Part shown: in pieces, positions 9,594 through 20,878 of the stretch | Layout of the letters: each line of letters starts with the position of its first letter | Position numbering within the stretch: position 1 is the stretch's first letter | NCBI GenBank assembly: GCA_050952545.1 | Contig: JBMNLD010000002.1 | Coordinates: forward strand, 106,889-170,888 | Source of the DNA: Christensenellales bacterium | GTDB lineage: Bacteria; Bacillota; Clostridia; Christensenellales; CAZKXV01 | Direction of reading: 5' to 3' | DNA length: 64,000 nucleotides | Notes under the pieces: generated by a model | Told to the model about the DNA's origin: nothing | Seen by the model: the letters and a program-made list of their open reading frames with translations, nothing else | The model's database searches: none | Made by a program: the position numbers and the translations under genes

Positions 9594-10498
9594 AGAATAA
9601 AATATTTCCATACCCAGTTTTAAATAATAATAAGTTATATTCAAATTTTCCGGATGCTTCATTTGAAATAGTTTATGAAGCTGAAGAAGATGAATTTGCA
9701 TATATCCTAAAAAACATAAAATTCTCAACAGATAGTAAATTAATTAATGACTTGTTTGATAATCAAAAGATAGATATTAAACTAGTGGTTGAATGCTCTG
9801 ATACAGTCTTTAGAAAAGCTTTTAATATCAGTAAAGAGCCAAAGAGTATCCGACTTTTGAAAAATGACTTTACTGAAAAAGTTGATGTTTCTATGTTTGC
9901 AGTTGCAAAGGAAAACTTTAGAATTTCATCAAACGAATTTGATGAAGACTATCGCGACATAGAATTCGAAATTGAAAAGTATGATATTTTATGTGCAAAT
10001 GATGGCTTCAATGTTAGATTCAGACATGATGAAGCAGAGAATAATTTAGTTAAATCAATTTTTTCAATAATTCCAAGCGATAATATTAACGATGGTACAT
10101 TTGAAGTTAATTGTGAGTTAGGAAAAAAGATTACTATTTCTATATCTGACGCTGATTTTAAAAATATGAATATAGTTAATACTGTTCCAACATATAAAGA
10201 AGTAGTATTTAATATGCTATTAGTTCCTGCATTGATTGAAGGTTTGACTTTATGTTTGAAAACTGTCCAAGAAGGAACTGATGATTTAGATGATATTGGA
10301 AATAAATACGTTTGGTTTAGAAGTATATTAATGTCATATAAACGTTTATACGGAAAAGATATTACAATTGATGAATTTAAGAGTTCATCACCTGTTCTTT
10401 TAGCACAACAATTGTTAGGAAAGCCACTAGGCGCAGCTTTACATAAGCTTGTTGTTGAAACAAATAAAATAGACGAAGGAGGAAATGATAATGAGTAA
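9584..10498 (+). CDS. Hypothetical protein (N-terminal FPYPVL motif)
   Basis: 304-aa ORF overlapping its upstream and downstream genes. Confidence 0.75.
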   Translation: MQVKNKIFPYPVLNNNKLYSNFPDASFEIVYEAEEDEFAYILKNIKFSTDSKLINDLFDNQKIDIKLVVECSDTVFRKAFNISKEPKSIRLLKNDFTEKVDVSMFAVAKENFRISSNEFDEDYRDIEFEIEKYDILCANDGFNVRFRHDEAENNLVKSIFSIIPSDNINDGTFEVNCELGKKITISISDADFKNMNIVNTVPTYKEVVFNMLLVPALIEGLTLCLKTVQEGTDDLDDIGNKYVWFRSILMSYKRLYGKDITIDEFKSSSPVLLAQQLLGKPLGAALHKLVVETNKIDEGGNDNE

Positions 10499-10850
10499 AA
10501 TCAACATTAAAATGCTTTCAGAAGATGCATTAGTATATTTGAAAGAAAACGCTGAGAGTATTGCAAAGAAAATTGCAGAAAATGAAGATAATTCTTGGAT
10601 TAAAAATACCATTCCTCAATCTATACCTCTATTTGTTGAAAAGAAATTACAAATTGAAGATTTTGATTTGTTAGATAATCCGGAATCAGCCGACAAGAAT
10701 ATAGATTTTCAAAACTCTGTAAAAATTTATGAGTCGTTAAAAGAACTTCCTAGATATATTTTATGCGACCAAAGATTCTGGCTTTGGCTTCACTTGGATA
10801 AGTTCTACAAAACAGTTAGAAATATGATGAAGATTAGAGGGAAATATTAA
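10491..10850 (+). pseudogene. DUF6339-like protein, C-terminally truncated
   Basis: KMLSEDALVYLKEN...NSVKIYESLK.LP.....DQRFWLWLH resembles the DUF6339 N-terminal half; stops at ~120 aa, shorter than I recall for the family. Confidence 0.55.
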
Positions 10851-11352
10851 GATCTATTAATTGTAATGGTTCAGAAAGAAGAACTGGAAGAGAAGCTATA
10901 TTCTGGGGAATGGATAATAATATTCCTTTTCCGCAGGCAAATGATATGACAAAGATTATAAAACTTGTTATGGCTGATGAATCTGTGATTAATGATAAGG
11001 CAAAAGCCATGGAATTAATCCATGTAAGTACGACTAGACAAGTAGCATATTATTTCTCTGCACTTCAATTTTTAAAGTATCTAAAGCATGATAAGACATT
11101 TACTGATAGAGCAAATAATTTGATGAAAAATGAAGGTAAGATTATCCTAGATATTTATAATCAGTTATTAAATAATGAGATGTTTGGTAATGCTTATAAG
11201 CAATTTAAAGATTCAAAAAAAGTAAATGTTGAAGTCATTAAAATGAAATAAGAAAAAACAAGCCTAATTTAGCGGACTCAACTGTAAATAGAAGAGTATC
11301 AACAATTAAGGCATGGGTTGAATGGATGTATGGCATTGATGGTCTAATGTAG
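10838..11352 (+). pseudogene. C-terminal remnant of a restriction-endonuclease-associated winged-helix protein (DUF7226-like), frameshifted near 11240
   Basis: IPFPQAND...TRQVAYYFSALQFL, then in another frame STVNRRVSTIKAWVEW*; one added A at attaaaatg joins the two frames. Confidence 0.55.
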
Positions 11353-11373
11353 ACTTTATACATCTTATTTTAC

Positions 11374-11508
11374 AGTAAATAATTGTAGTGATTTTATTCT
11401 TAAAATTACATTTAGTGGAAACTAATGGTATAGGTATGCTAAAACCTGTTGTTTAGGTGAAAAAAATAACATTTACAAATTTAAGGTCAAATAACTATAG
11501 AGTTATTG
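11374..11508. repeat. ~135-bp diverged direct repeat, copy A
   Basis: About 111/135 identical to 23742-23875 by manual alignment; identical blocks gtatgctaaaacctgt and aaggtcaaataactatagagt. Confidence 0.85.
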
Positions 11509-11608
11509 TAGGTTCAGTAAATTGATAAAATAACTCTTTTGTTATATAATTATTCCGATAATCTGAAGTACCAGAAAGTTGAGGAAGGGCTCAAAGGAGG
11601 TACTTGCT

Positions 11609-11839
11609 ATGGATTATCGAAAAGCCATATTAGATAAAGAAGCAACAAGTATTAGACTTAGGTCCCTTAGAATCAAAGCTAATCTAACACATGATAGACT
11701 AGCTGCATTACTTCAACTAAACACACCTCGTGTGATTTATGATTGGGAATGTGCAAAGAAGATGCCTAATGTTGAAAACTTGTATAATCTGGCTCTAATA
11801 TTTAATATGAAAATGGAGGATTTACTTGTAACCAAGTAG
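11609..11839 (+). CDS. XRE-family helix-turn-helix regulator
   Basis: LRSLRIKANLTHDRLAALL...VIYDWE..K.MP...NL..LA..F; AGGAGG RBS. Confidence 0.85.
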   Translation: MDYRKAILDKEATSIRLRSLRIKANLTHDRLAALLQLNTPRVIYDWECAKKMPNVENLYNLALIFNMKMEDLLVTK

Positions 11840-11929
11840 ATCCTTCTTTTTATTTTTGAACTATAGTACATTTTGAAATTTGACACTTCTGTTATAATAA
11901 TGACGAAAACTGTAAATATGTTCTATATA

Positions 11930-11959
11930 TTGAAATAAATTTCAATAATATGATATAAT
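11930..11959 (+). promoter_or_regulatory. Sigma70-type promoter with extended -10
   Basis: TTGAAA(11930-35)-N18-TATAAT(11954-59), with TG at 11951-52. Confidence 0.55.
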
Positions 11960-12144
11960 TATAGTTGGATACAAATGCATGTTCTGAAACTGTGGAGTAA
12001 GAACTTTACCTATATGGAATGTTGGAGCGAATCTTATGGTTGGGATATACCATATGAGGAGTAAACCAATAGTTAAAAGCTAAATTTCAAGAGTGGTATT
12101 GCGTGTCTAAACAAAATAACATGTGAAGAGGATGAATGTTATTG

Positions 12145-12180
12145 AAGTGGCGATAGGCTAATACCTACCGTCACTTTTTT
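12145..12180 (+). terminator. Intrinsic terminator immediately upstream of the helicase operon
   Basis: AAGTGGCGATAGG-CTAATA-CCTACCGTCACTT stem followed by a T-run. Confidence 0.7.
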
Positions 12181-12203
12181 GGTTTTAAGGAGGTGTCAAT
12201 AAC

Positions 12204-13106
12204 ATGAAGAAAAAGAGCAAGGTTATAGGCAAGGACTACGAAAAATTAGAGAAAGAAAATCGATGCGACAGGATCGATTATTATGGCTTGATTGCCAAAG
12301 ATGGCAGAATAAAAATTGACACAAAACGTTATAAAAAATTCTTTACTATTCCAGATAGTAAAATTGAAAATAGACACTCCGTTTATTACCTTCCGACTAA
12401 ACAACATAGATCTGAATATCAATGTAATTGGTTTAGAGATCTATTAACAGGTTATAAACAATTATGGTTTAAAGAATATAAAAGCTTCATTGATAGTATT
12501 AAAACTCCAAAGCAAGTAGAAGATGATGCAAGAGTCGCACATTTAGCTGATGGAGTGCTTGATTATGAAGAAGCTAATGAAAAAGCATTTATAGCAGGCA
12601 TTAAAAGAGCAAAAGATTATAAAGTAATTATTAAATCTTTATACGCTCAATTTTTCCATCAACTAATGTCTAGCATAGATGCATTATGCTTAAAGATGCT
12701 AACTGCCTGTGGCTATAAAGAAGAAGATTATACAAAGAAGCAATTTGATATTTATATGCAGGGTTTGCAGGGTAACAATGCAATATCGTTCAGACAATAT
12801 GATAATTACAAACTTTATGATAGAGCATTCACTGTTTGGAACTTTCTAAAGCATAACTCTCTTAGATCATATAAGATCTTGAAACAATGGTATCCTAATA
12901 TGGTTTGGGACCCAGAAGATAGATATCAAAATGGTGAATCTGCACTTTCTGTTGTTAAGCTAGATGAGAAATTCATCTTAGATTGTTTGGATAACTTACA
13001 TTTATTCTTTGATGAATTATGTGCGAGAGCTTTTAATGAGAATGCTGAAGACGCACAATGGGATTATGATGATTACTTCTTGAAGACGTCGTACAAGATC
13101 AAATAG
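12204..13106 (+). CDS. Hypothetical protein, possible divergent HEPN domain
   Basis: AAGGAGGT RBS; helical; WNFLKHNS resembles the NxxKH HEPN variant. Confidence 0.6.
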   Translation: MKKKSKVIGKDYEKLEKENRCDRIDYYGLIAKDGRIKIDTKRYKKFFTIPDSKIENRHSVYYLPTKQHRSEYQCNWFRDLLTGYKQLWFKEYKSFIDSIKTPKQVEDDARVAHLADGVLDYEEANEKAFIAGIKRAKDYKVIIKSLYAQFFHQLMSSIDALCLKMLTACGYKEEDYTKKQFDIYMQGLQGNNAISFRQYDNYKLYDRAFTVWNFLKHNSLRSYKILKQWYPNMVWDPEDRYQNGESALSVVKLDEKFILDCLDNLHLFFDELCARAFNENAEDAQWDYDDYFLKTSYKIK

Positions 13107-13147
13107 ATGTTATTGTCAATCCACTAGATATATAGGAGGACAAAAGA

Positions 13148-16100
13148 ATGGCATATATATTTTTATCTTTTAGTGAACATTTAAATAGAGGAGCAAACTC
13201 AAAAAATGATTTTTATAATTTATCATTAAATGAACAATTTGAATTGCTTCAAAGAAGAATCCCATTGGAAAGACAAGTATCTAATTTTAATACTTTTATT
13301 GAAACATGTTTCCCTACTAACTTTAATAAGAAATATTATATTTCTTGCCCTAATTTCTTAAGAGAGAAACATCAAGTAGCAGAAGACAAACCATCTTTTT
13401 TAAATAATGTAGTTATTCGACCAGAATTAACTTTATCAATGAAAAGAGTTCTACCTGACAATCAAAACATCATCTTAATTGGTGATATTTATGAAGGTGG
13501 AAAATTAAAAATGTTACAGATTAAGGGATTACAATTAATTGATGATTCAATGGAATCTCCATATGATGTAAGAGTGGATGATTATTCGGTTTGTAATTCA
13601 TTTGAACGAGGATATTGGAGTATAAATCATGTTGATTACAATGATACATTTTTTACGCCTAACAACATTAAAACGATTATAGATAATTGCTGGACTGTTG
13701 AACATCCTGAGGAAATTAGAAAAACATATGAAGTTTGGAACAAGTATATTGGATTTAGAAAATACTATCTTCAAGAACAATCAAAACGTAATTTCAAATT
13801 AGATAGAGCTATGTTTGTTGAAGCATATGCTGTAAATAGAAAAGATTATAAAAAGAATGCCTCAATTTATGATGAATATCTTCTTGATGGAAGAGATGAA
13901 TTCAAATGGGGAGATATGATTGTTTTATCTGAAAAGATAGAAGATGCTGAAGAATTTCCACTTATTAGATTGGATATTGAAAGAAATAGAAAAGCATTTA
14001 ATGAAGCAAAAATTACTAAACGTGGAAAATTGGTTAATGAAGAAGAACGTAAAATTCGTTCATTATCTAGTGATAATGTATTTATTACTTCTATTGATCC
14101 TGAAAGCAAATCTCAGCATAAGGATAGAAATGGTAATCAACAACAAGTTACATTCGGTGAATTATTAAATGCTGGATATGCATTAGGCGATAGATTTAAA
14201 ATTGTTTCTTATGATATCGAACCCACTGATCATTTAGAAGAGTTAGATTTAGCATATACAAGAGATATAGATAAATCATATAAAAATATAGATGCTAAGT
14301 ATGAGAAGATTATTAAAGAAGAAGTAAAGCAAGCAGTTAATTTATATGAAAAAGAATTAAATAAACAAGCTAAAGAAAGAATTGATTTTTATAAAAATGA
14401 ATTAGATAGTTCTTTAGAACAAGATGTTTTAGAAAATAAAGATAAAAATATTATTAGTTTAATTGATAAAAAGAAAAAAGAAATTGAAACTAATGTTACA
14501 AAGAATATTAAACAAGATAAAAAAGAAAAAGATAATGAATATGCTTTAAGAATAAAAGCATTAATTGAAGATGAAATATCTAAAATTGATGTTAAGTCAT
14601 ATTATGTTGAAAGAAATTCTAAGTTATTACAAGACAATGCTAAAAGTATTGAAATGGAATTAAAGAGATTATTAACACAATATGAAGCAAAAAAGAATTC
14701 TGAAATCACTAACAAATATAAAGATGATGTTAGAAATGAAAAGATTAAATCAAAAGAAGAACTTGATGCTAAGTTAAAGTTTGATAAAGAAAAAGCTATT
14801 GATGAGGAAACAATTATTAGATTCTCATTATATTTTAGATTAGGAGATCCTAATAATGTTATTTCAGACAAACAAAAGAAGGTCGTAGATTCATGCGAAT
14901 ACATTGTTTATGATAATCGTGCTGAAAAAGCTAAGATTTCAAGACAAGAGGCAGCCTTAGATAATTTCTATTCTGGATATGTTAAGAATCCATATCTTTC
15001 AACATATCTTTTTAACCCAGAAGAATTAGATACAGTTAAAGCAGAACCTAGTGATTGGATATGGTATTTAGAATCTCTTAATGAAAAGCAAAAAGAAGCA
15101 GTTAGAAAGGCAGTTTCAAGTAATGGTATATTCTTACTTCAAGGTCCTCCAGGAACTGGTAAAACACAAGTAATTGCTGAAACAGTAGCTCAGTTAATTA
15201 AAAAAGGTAAAAAGGTATTAATTTCATCTGAAACACATAAAGCAATTGATAATGTATTTGAAAGATTACCTAAAATTGCGGAAATCGTACCTATTAGATT
15301 AATTCCTTCTAATAATGATAAAAAGAAAGAAAACGAATATGATCCAAAATTCCTAGTAGATAATTTCTATTTAAATATTTCTTCTAATATGAAGAAAGCT
15401 GTTAATAGATATAAGAATTTTGAAAAGAACAAAATAGAATTTGCTGAAAACTTTGATAAATTAAAGTTGGCAAAAGCCAAAATAGAAAAATCTCAAAAGG
15501 TTTTAGATAAGGCTAACGAAGAAATCAAAAAGTTTGAAGACAATGCTAAAGACATTAATTCTAAGATATCAGTATTAAATGATAAAAAGGACTTGGTCAG
15601 AATTGATATTGATATCTTAAGAAGAACTAAACGTCATATTGAAAATGATAATTTGAGACCTGATGAAGATGTAAAGGTTGACTTGATTGTTGATGTAAGA
15701 AAGAAACTAGAACCTTTATTTGAAAAAGATGTTTATATCGATGATGATTTAGGTCAATTATTAAAGAATATCAATTCAATTAAAAATGATGAAATAGAAC
15801 GTGAATTAGCAGTTATTAATCCTGAATCCAATAAAACTATTCTTGAAGTTAAGAAAAATGATTTAAAGGCTGAATTAAATAAATATGTTGATGAATTAGG
15901 AGACATTATTGATACTAATAATGAGGAAAAAGTTGAAAGAAATTAAAAATGAATTAAGAAAGGTTTTGAAAGAACTTAAGGCTGAATCAGTTGGCGTATC
16001 TTTAAACGATTTAAAACTTAATAAGATTTTTAATTATTCATACTTAGTTGCAAATATTTCTTTAATTCCAGAAGTTATTAGAACTGTAAAAGATAGAATT

Positions 16101-17657
16101 ATTGAGATTAAATCTTCAACGATAGAAGTTCTAAATAAAGAATTACGTACTATTGAAGATAAACAAGCAGAACTAGATAAAGAAATAGATTCATTAAAGC
16201 AACAAATAAAAGTAATTAATGAAAATATTATTGATATTCAAGAAAGAAATGATGTTAAAGATATTCAAGAAGCCAAATATAAGCTTGAGAATGATTTAAT
16301 AAAATTCTTTAAAGATTTTGAAATTGCTGAACCTTATAAGGATGTAGATGAAGGACTAAAGATTATTAAACGTAAATGGTCTGAGCTTGAAGATGATTTC
16401 CAAGCGAAGGAACAAGAAAATAAAGAAAAAATACCTATGTATGAAAAGATCGCAAATTACATCACTAGTGAAGATGTAATTGAAGAAGATAGAAAGGTAT
16501 TTACTAAAGACTTGTTTGAAAATGCTAATGTATTTGGTATTACATGTACATCTAACGATAGATTCAGCGGAAGAAATGTTGATGCATTATCTGAATATAA
16601 TATCGATGAGATTGATATTAAATCCGTTGGTATTGATGTAGTTATTATCGATGAGGTTTCTAAATCAAGTTTTATAGATTTATTGATACCTATTCTTTAT
16701 GGTAAAACAGTTATCCTAGTTGGAGACCATAGACAATTGCCTCCAATGTATGAATTCTCCAAATTAAGAGATGATGATTTTGAAGGATTAGATGAGACAA
16801 TTATTAATAAAGAAATTAATAAAGAGTTTACTAAATTGTATGAAGAGTGTTTCTTCAAAACTCTATTTGAAAGAATACCAGATAGTTATAAAACTATGTT
16901 AGTTCAACAATATAGATGTCATGAACATATTATGAATGTATTTAACCACTTCTATAAAGGCGAATTAAAACTAGGTTTTGCAGGTCAAAACAATAATAAA
17001 CGTCATAATGTTAAATTACTATCAAATGGTAGAAATATTATCGAACCAGATAAACATATTTATTTTGTTGATTGTAAGCAAAATGAAACGCATGAAGCTG
17101 ATTCAACATCTATGTACAATACTGGTGAAGCTAGAGTTGTAGTTGAATTAATCAGAAAAATGAATACATATTTCAAGTCGCATCCAGAACTTGAAAAGCT
17201 AAGCATTGGTGTTATTTGTACATATGGAGACCAAGCTAGAAGAGTAAAAGAATTACTTAAGAGTGAAAAGGTTAAAACAGATGCATTTAAAACAGATGTT
17301 GAAAAAATGATTGTTTCAACTGTCGATGATTTCCAAGGTGATGAAAGAGATATTATCATTTTATCTACAGTTAGAAATCCTGAAAATCCAAAAAGAAGTG
17401 ATCCTGGATTTATCCTAGCTTATCAAAGAATTAATGTTGCTTTATCTAGAGCAAGAAGAATGCTTATTATGGTAGGTAACAGAAAATATCTTGAAGAAAA
17501 AGGTGTGATTGATTTACCAGATGTCTATGGTCGTGTTGGTAAAGAACAAAGAAACTTCAGAGTTTATGAAGAAATCTTAGCTACTATAGAACGCTATGGT
17601 AAAGTAATCGAAGATATTGATGTATTAGATGATAAGGAGGCGAGAATAAATGGATAA
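13148..17657 (+). CDS. Upf1/DNA2-like SF1 helicase (~1500 aa, long coiled coils), split into ORFs 13148-15946 and 15909-17657 by a +1 frameshift at an A5 run (15927-15931)
   Basis: Motifs QGPPGTGKT and SSETHKAIDN in part 1; IIDEVSK, LVGDHRQLPP, QYRCH, TVDDFQGDERD and RINVALSRAR in part 2; removing one A reads EEKLKEIK. Confidence 0.9.
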
Positions 17658-19782
17658 GTTTAAACTAGAAACTTCTATACAATTTCCATTCTTTAAAATG
17701 AATGAACTTGTTACATATTCTGAAGTTAAAAAGCCTAGTGGTGTTGCTTATATTTTACTAGTTCTAATTAGTGAATCTAAGAATAAAAACGATAGATTAT
17801 CCAAAGTATTAGAAAACTTCGGAATACCTAAATCTCTACATTATATTTTCGCTGATAATGTCCAATACTTAATGGAACAAGGAATATTAGAAGAATTTAA
17901 TTTTTATAAAACTGAATTTGATAATTACCTAATTGGTTCATTTCAATTTACTTCAAAAGGTAAAAAGATATTTGCTGAAGAATCTATACCTACAGGTATT
18001 AATAAAGAATTAAAAGTCCCAGTATTTTATAATATTGCAATGAATGAACTATCATTGAAGATGGATAATGATTTAGATCCAAAACCATTAATGGACTGTG
18101 CTATTACTCCTGAATTTATGGATAGATTTAAGAACGAAAAGAATGTTGAAAATTTCTTAAATCTTCAAAAAGGAAAAGGAATAAGTGTTAAAAAAGAAGA
18201 AATCATAACTAATGTAGAACAATTAGATCAAGAAAATTGGATCGGAAAATATGATTGCGATATGAACATTAATGGCGATGATATTGAAATTAAATTTGAT
18301 GAATTGCTATTACAAAAATTCTTTGATGCTAATTACAATCAAAACATGGTTAATTTAGCTATTTCTTATAAAAACAGATTTAAGTTTAAATCATCTTTTA
18401 AAGATAATCTTAAACTAAGTAATTATGGTTTTGATAGAATTGCAGGAATAATTATTCCAAAAGAGATAGATGATGTTTTAAAACAAAAGAATCAATTATT
18501 ACTTACAAAGGGTAATTATAAAACTTCAAATGGTTATATGATTACTAGTTCGGAGTCTATTTCAAAATATGATGATACGATTGAATTTATTCAAGTAGAT
18601 ATGCACGATTCTGTTTATGCATATATTCCAGGCAATTTTAATTTTAACAATAATCTATTTGGAATTATTACAATTCCTCTTGCTTTAAAGATTAAATTGA
18701 CTGAAGAAGAATTGAAAAATGTCATTAAACCTTATGTAGTATCATTATCTACATATAGTGAAGATAATTTTAAAGAATTAGTTAAGGTCACAAATATCAC
18801 TGATGACTTGAAGCTAGCAAAAGAGATTATTGAAGGTTATGTAAATGAAGATGCTGAAAGTAATATTGTTTTATTAAATGAAATGAAGCCATATGCTATA
18901 TCTAATTCAGGTATATCAAATATTTATAGAGAATTGTTAGAAAAGAATTATAGCAATTATATGGATACCATCACTGAAGATAATCTTGATACAGCACTTA
19001 AGATAACTGCTTCAATTCCTAAGTTCTTAAATATTCCAAATAAGGATGTTTTATCAAGAATATTTAAGAATATAAAAGTTAAAAACGAGTTAGAAACTTA
19101 TGAAACATTAGTAAGTAAAGGCTTTGATAAATCACTAGTTGTTTTATATGTTAATCCAGTAATTGAAGCATTAAAGATAAGAAATTCTGAAGAAAAAAGC
19201 ATAATTGATTTAATTAACTATGATGATGCTTTATCAGAAATGAAGAGAATAACTTCTATTAACGATTACAAGAGTTATTTATATGATGAAGAAAAGATTA
19301 ATCATAATGATTTCAAAACAAACTATAATAAAGCATTTAATCTTCAAAAGAATATTGCTGTATTTAGAAGTGGTAATGAAGGATTATTTGCTAATTATGA
19401 TGGGTTCATGAATTTATTCTCAACTATTAATGATGATATTAATTTAGTTGAAGCTGCACTTAAGAATCCTAATAATTTAAAGCCAGAATTAATTGAAAAG
19501 AAAATAGCTAGTGGTGAATATCAATTTGTATTTGTTAATCTTTCTGCAAAATTAGAAACAATTTTAAAAAACAAATATAAATTAGATGGCAAATTATCTG
19601 ATATGTTAAATGACGCAAGATCTAATGGTATAATTGATAAGAAGGTTATTAGTGATTTGCATGATTTTAGAGATAATAGAAATGCATATGTTCATCCTGA
19701 AGATAGAACATCAAATTATAATGCTGATGATTTAAGAAGATGGTCTAAAGAAATCTTTGATTTGGAGGTGGAAGGAAAATGA
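17650..19782 (+). CDS. 710-aa hypothetical protein with a C-terminal HEPN-like motif
   Basis: Overlaps the helicase stop; C-terminal DLHDFRDNRNAYVHP fits the Rx4H HEPN motif. Confidence 0.7.
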   Translation: MDKFKLETSIQFPFFKMNELVTYSEVKKPSGVAYILLVLISESKNKNDRLSKVLENFGIPKSLHYIFADNVQYLMEQGILEEFNFYKTEFDNYLIGSFQFTSKGKKIFAEESIPTGINKELKVPVFYNIAMNELSLKMDNDLDPKPLMDCAITPEFMDRFKNEKNVENFLNLQKGKGISVKKEEIITNVEQLDQENWIGKYDCDMNINGDDIEIKFDELLLQKFFDANYNQNMVNLAISYKNRFKFKSSFKDNLKLSNYGFDRIAGIIIPKEIDDVLKQKNQLLLTKGNYKTSNGYMITSSESISKYDDTIEFIQVDMHDSVYAYIPGNFNFNNNLFGIITIPLALKIKLTEEELKNVIKPYVVSLSTYSEDNFKELVKVTNITDDLKLAKEIIEGYVNEDAESNIVLLNEMKPYAISNSGISNIYRELLEKNYSNYMDTITEDNLDTALKITASIPKFLNIPNKDVLSRIFKNIKVKNELETYETLVSKGFDKSLVVLYVNPVIEALKIRNSEEKSIIDLINYDDALSEMKRITSINDYKSYLYDEEKINHNDFKTNYNKAFNLQKNIAVFRSGNEGLFANYDGFMNLFSTINDDINLVEAALKNPNNLKPELIEKKIASGEYQFVFVNLSAKLETILKNKYKLDGKLSDMLNDARSNGIIDKKVISDLHDFRDNRNAYVHPEDRTSNYNADDLRRWSKEIFDLEVEGK

Positions 19783-20867
19783 GTCAACAAGTAACCGTTG
19801 ATTATCAAGGTGTATCTATTCAAGTACAAGCTAAATGTGACACAGCTGTTCATTCATTGTGTCAAATAGATAAAGTGCTTGATAGAATACATAATACAGC
19901 AGATAAACTTGAAACTGCTAAAGTAAAAGAGTATGAAGCTTATTTGCAAAAATCCAAGGAAACAATCAAAGAAAAGATTGAAGCGTTTAAGAAGACTCTA
20001 GAAAAATACAAAGAAGCTAGGGCTTATTCAGTTAATAATCATCAACCAGATTATCAACAATTCATTAACTTTACTAATAAGGTTCAAGCTGAATCAGAAG
20101 AATTAATTAGAACAGTTAATGAATTAACTGGTTCTAAACTTGCAGTAATAGATCAGATGATTGATGAAGGCTTATTAAATGCTGGTCAGGAAACAACTCA
20201 AGCTATGTTAGATAAATTGCATGGTGTAGTTTCAATCTCAAGTGACATTTTATCCAAGATAAATAACATTGAAGATGTTTCATTAAGAGAACTAGCATAT
20301 AAAGAAATCCTTAAGAACGATAAACTTAGCTTTGATGAAGTAATCACTAAAGCACAAGATGAATATGATATTCTTTTAGGAAAACAAACAAAAAAGGTTA
20401 TTCAAGAATATAAAGAAGAGCTTACTTCTAAAGGTATTACTACAGAAGAATTAGATAAAGCTAAATCTATTGATGAAGCTAATGCTATTGCTAATGAAGC
20501 AATTACTGATGAAACGGTAAGAAAAGAAACTTTAAAAGTTATTATTAAAGCAATCAAAGATAGAGGATTCATTGTTGATACAAAGAAGAATCTTAAGATT
20601 GATAAAGAAAGAAATATTGTTAAATTAGTTGCATTAAAAGCATCTGGACAAATGGCTGAGTTTGAAATTCAACTTAATGGTAAGTTTATGTACCACTTTG
20701 ATGAATATGAAGGCCATGCATGTAAGAAAGATATAGAACCATTCTTAGAAGATTTAAAGAATATCTACGATATCAATATTCTTCATGAAGAAGTAACGTG
20801 GGAAAATCCAGATAAGATTCAAACTCAAAAATATCAATACATAAACAAAAACAAGGGTACTAATTAG
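19779..20867 (+). CDS. Coiled-coil protein with a C-terminal DUF2997-like domain
   Basis: ATGA overlap with the upstream stop; helical N-terminus; C-terminal FDEYEGHACKKDIEPFLEDL. Confidence 0.6.
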   Translation: MSQQVTVDYQGVSIQVQAKCDTAVHSLCQIDKVLDRIHNTADKLETAKVKEYEAYLQKSKETIKEKIEAFKKTLEKYKEARAYSVNNHQPDYQQFINFTNKVQAESEELIRTVNELTGSKLAVIDQMIDEGLLNAGQETTQAMLDKLHGVVSISSDILSKINNIEDVSLRELAYKEILKNDKLSFDEVITKAQDEYDILLGKQTKKVIQEYKEELTSKGITTEELDKAKSIDEANAIANEAITDETVRKETLKVIIKAIKDRGFIVDTKKNLKIDKERNIVKLVALKASGQMAEFEIQLNGKFMYHFDEYEGHACKKDIEPFLEDLKNIYDINILHEEVTWENPDKIQTQKYQYINKNKGTN

Positions 20868-20878
20868 GAGGTAAACAC

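Noticed and set aside
15915-15946. Classical programmed -1 frameshift in the helicase
   Set aside because: Rejoining needs a +1 shift; the site G_GAA_AAA_G is not an X_XXY_YYZ heptamer, and I see no stimulatory hairpin
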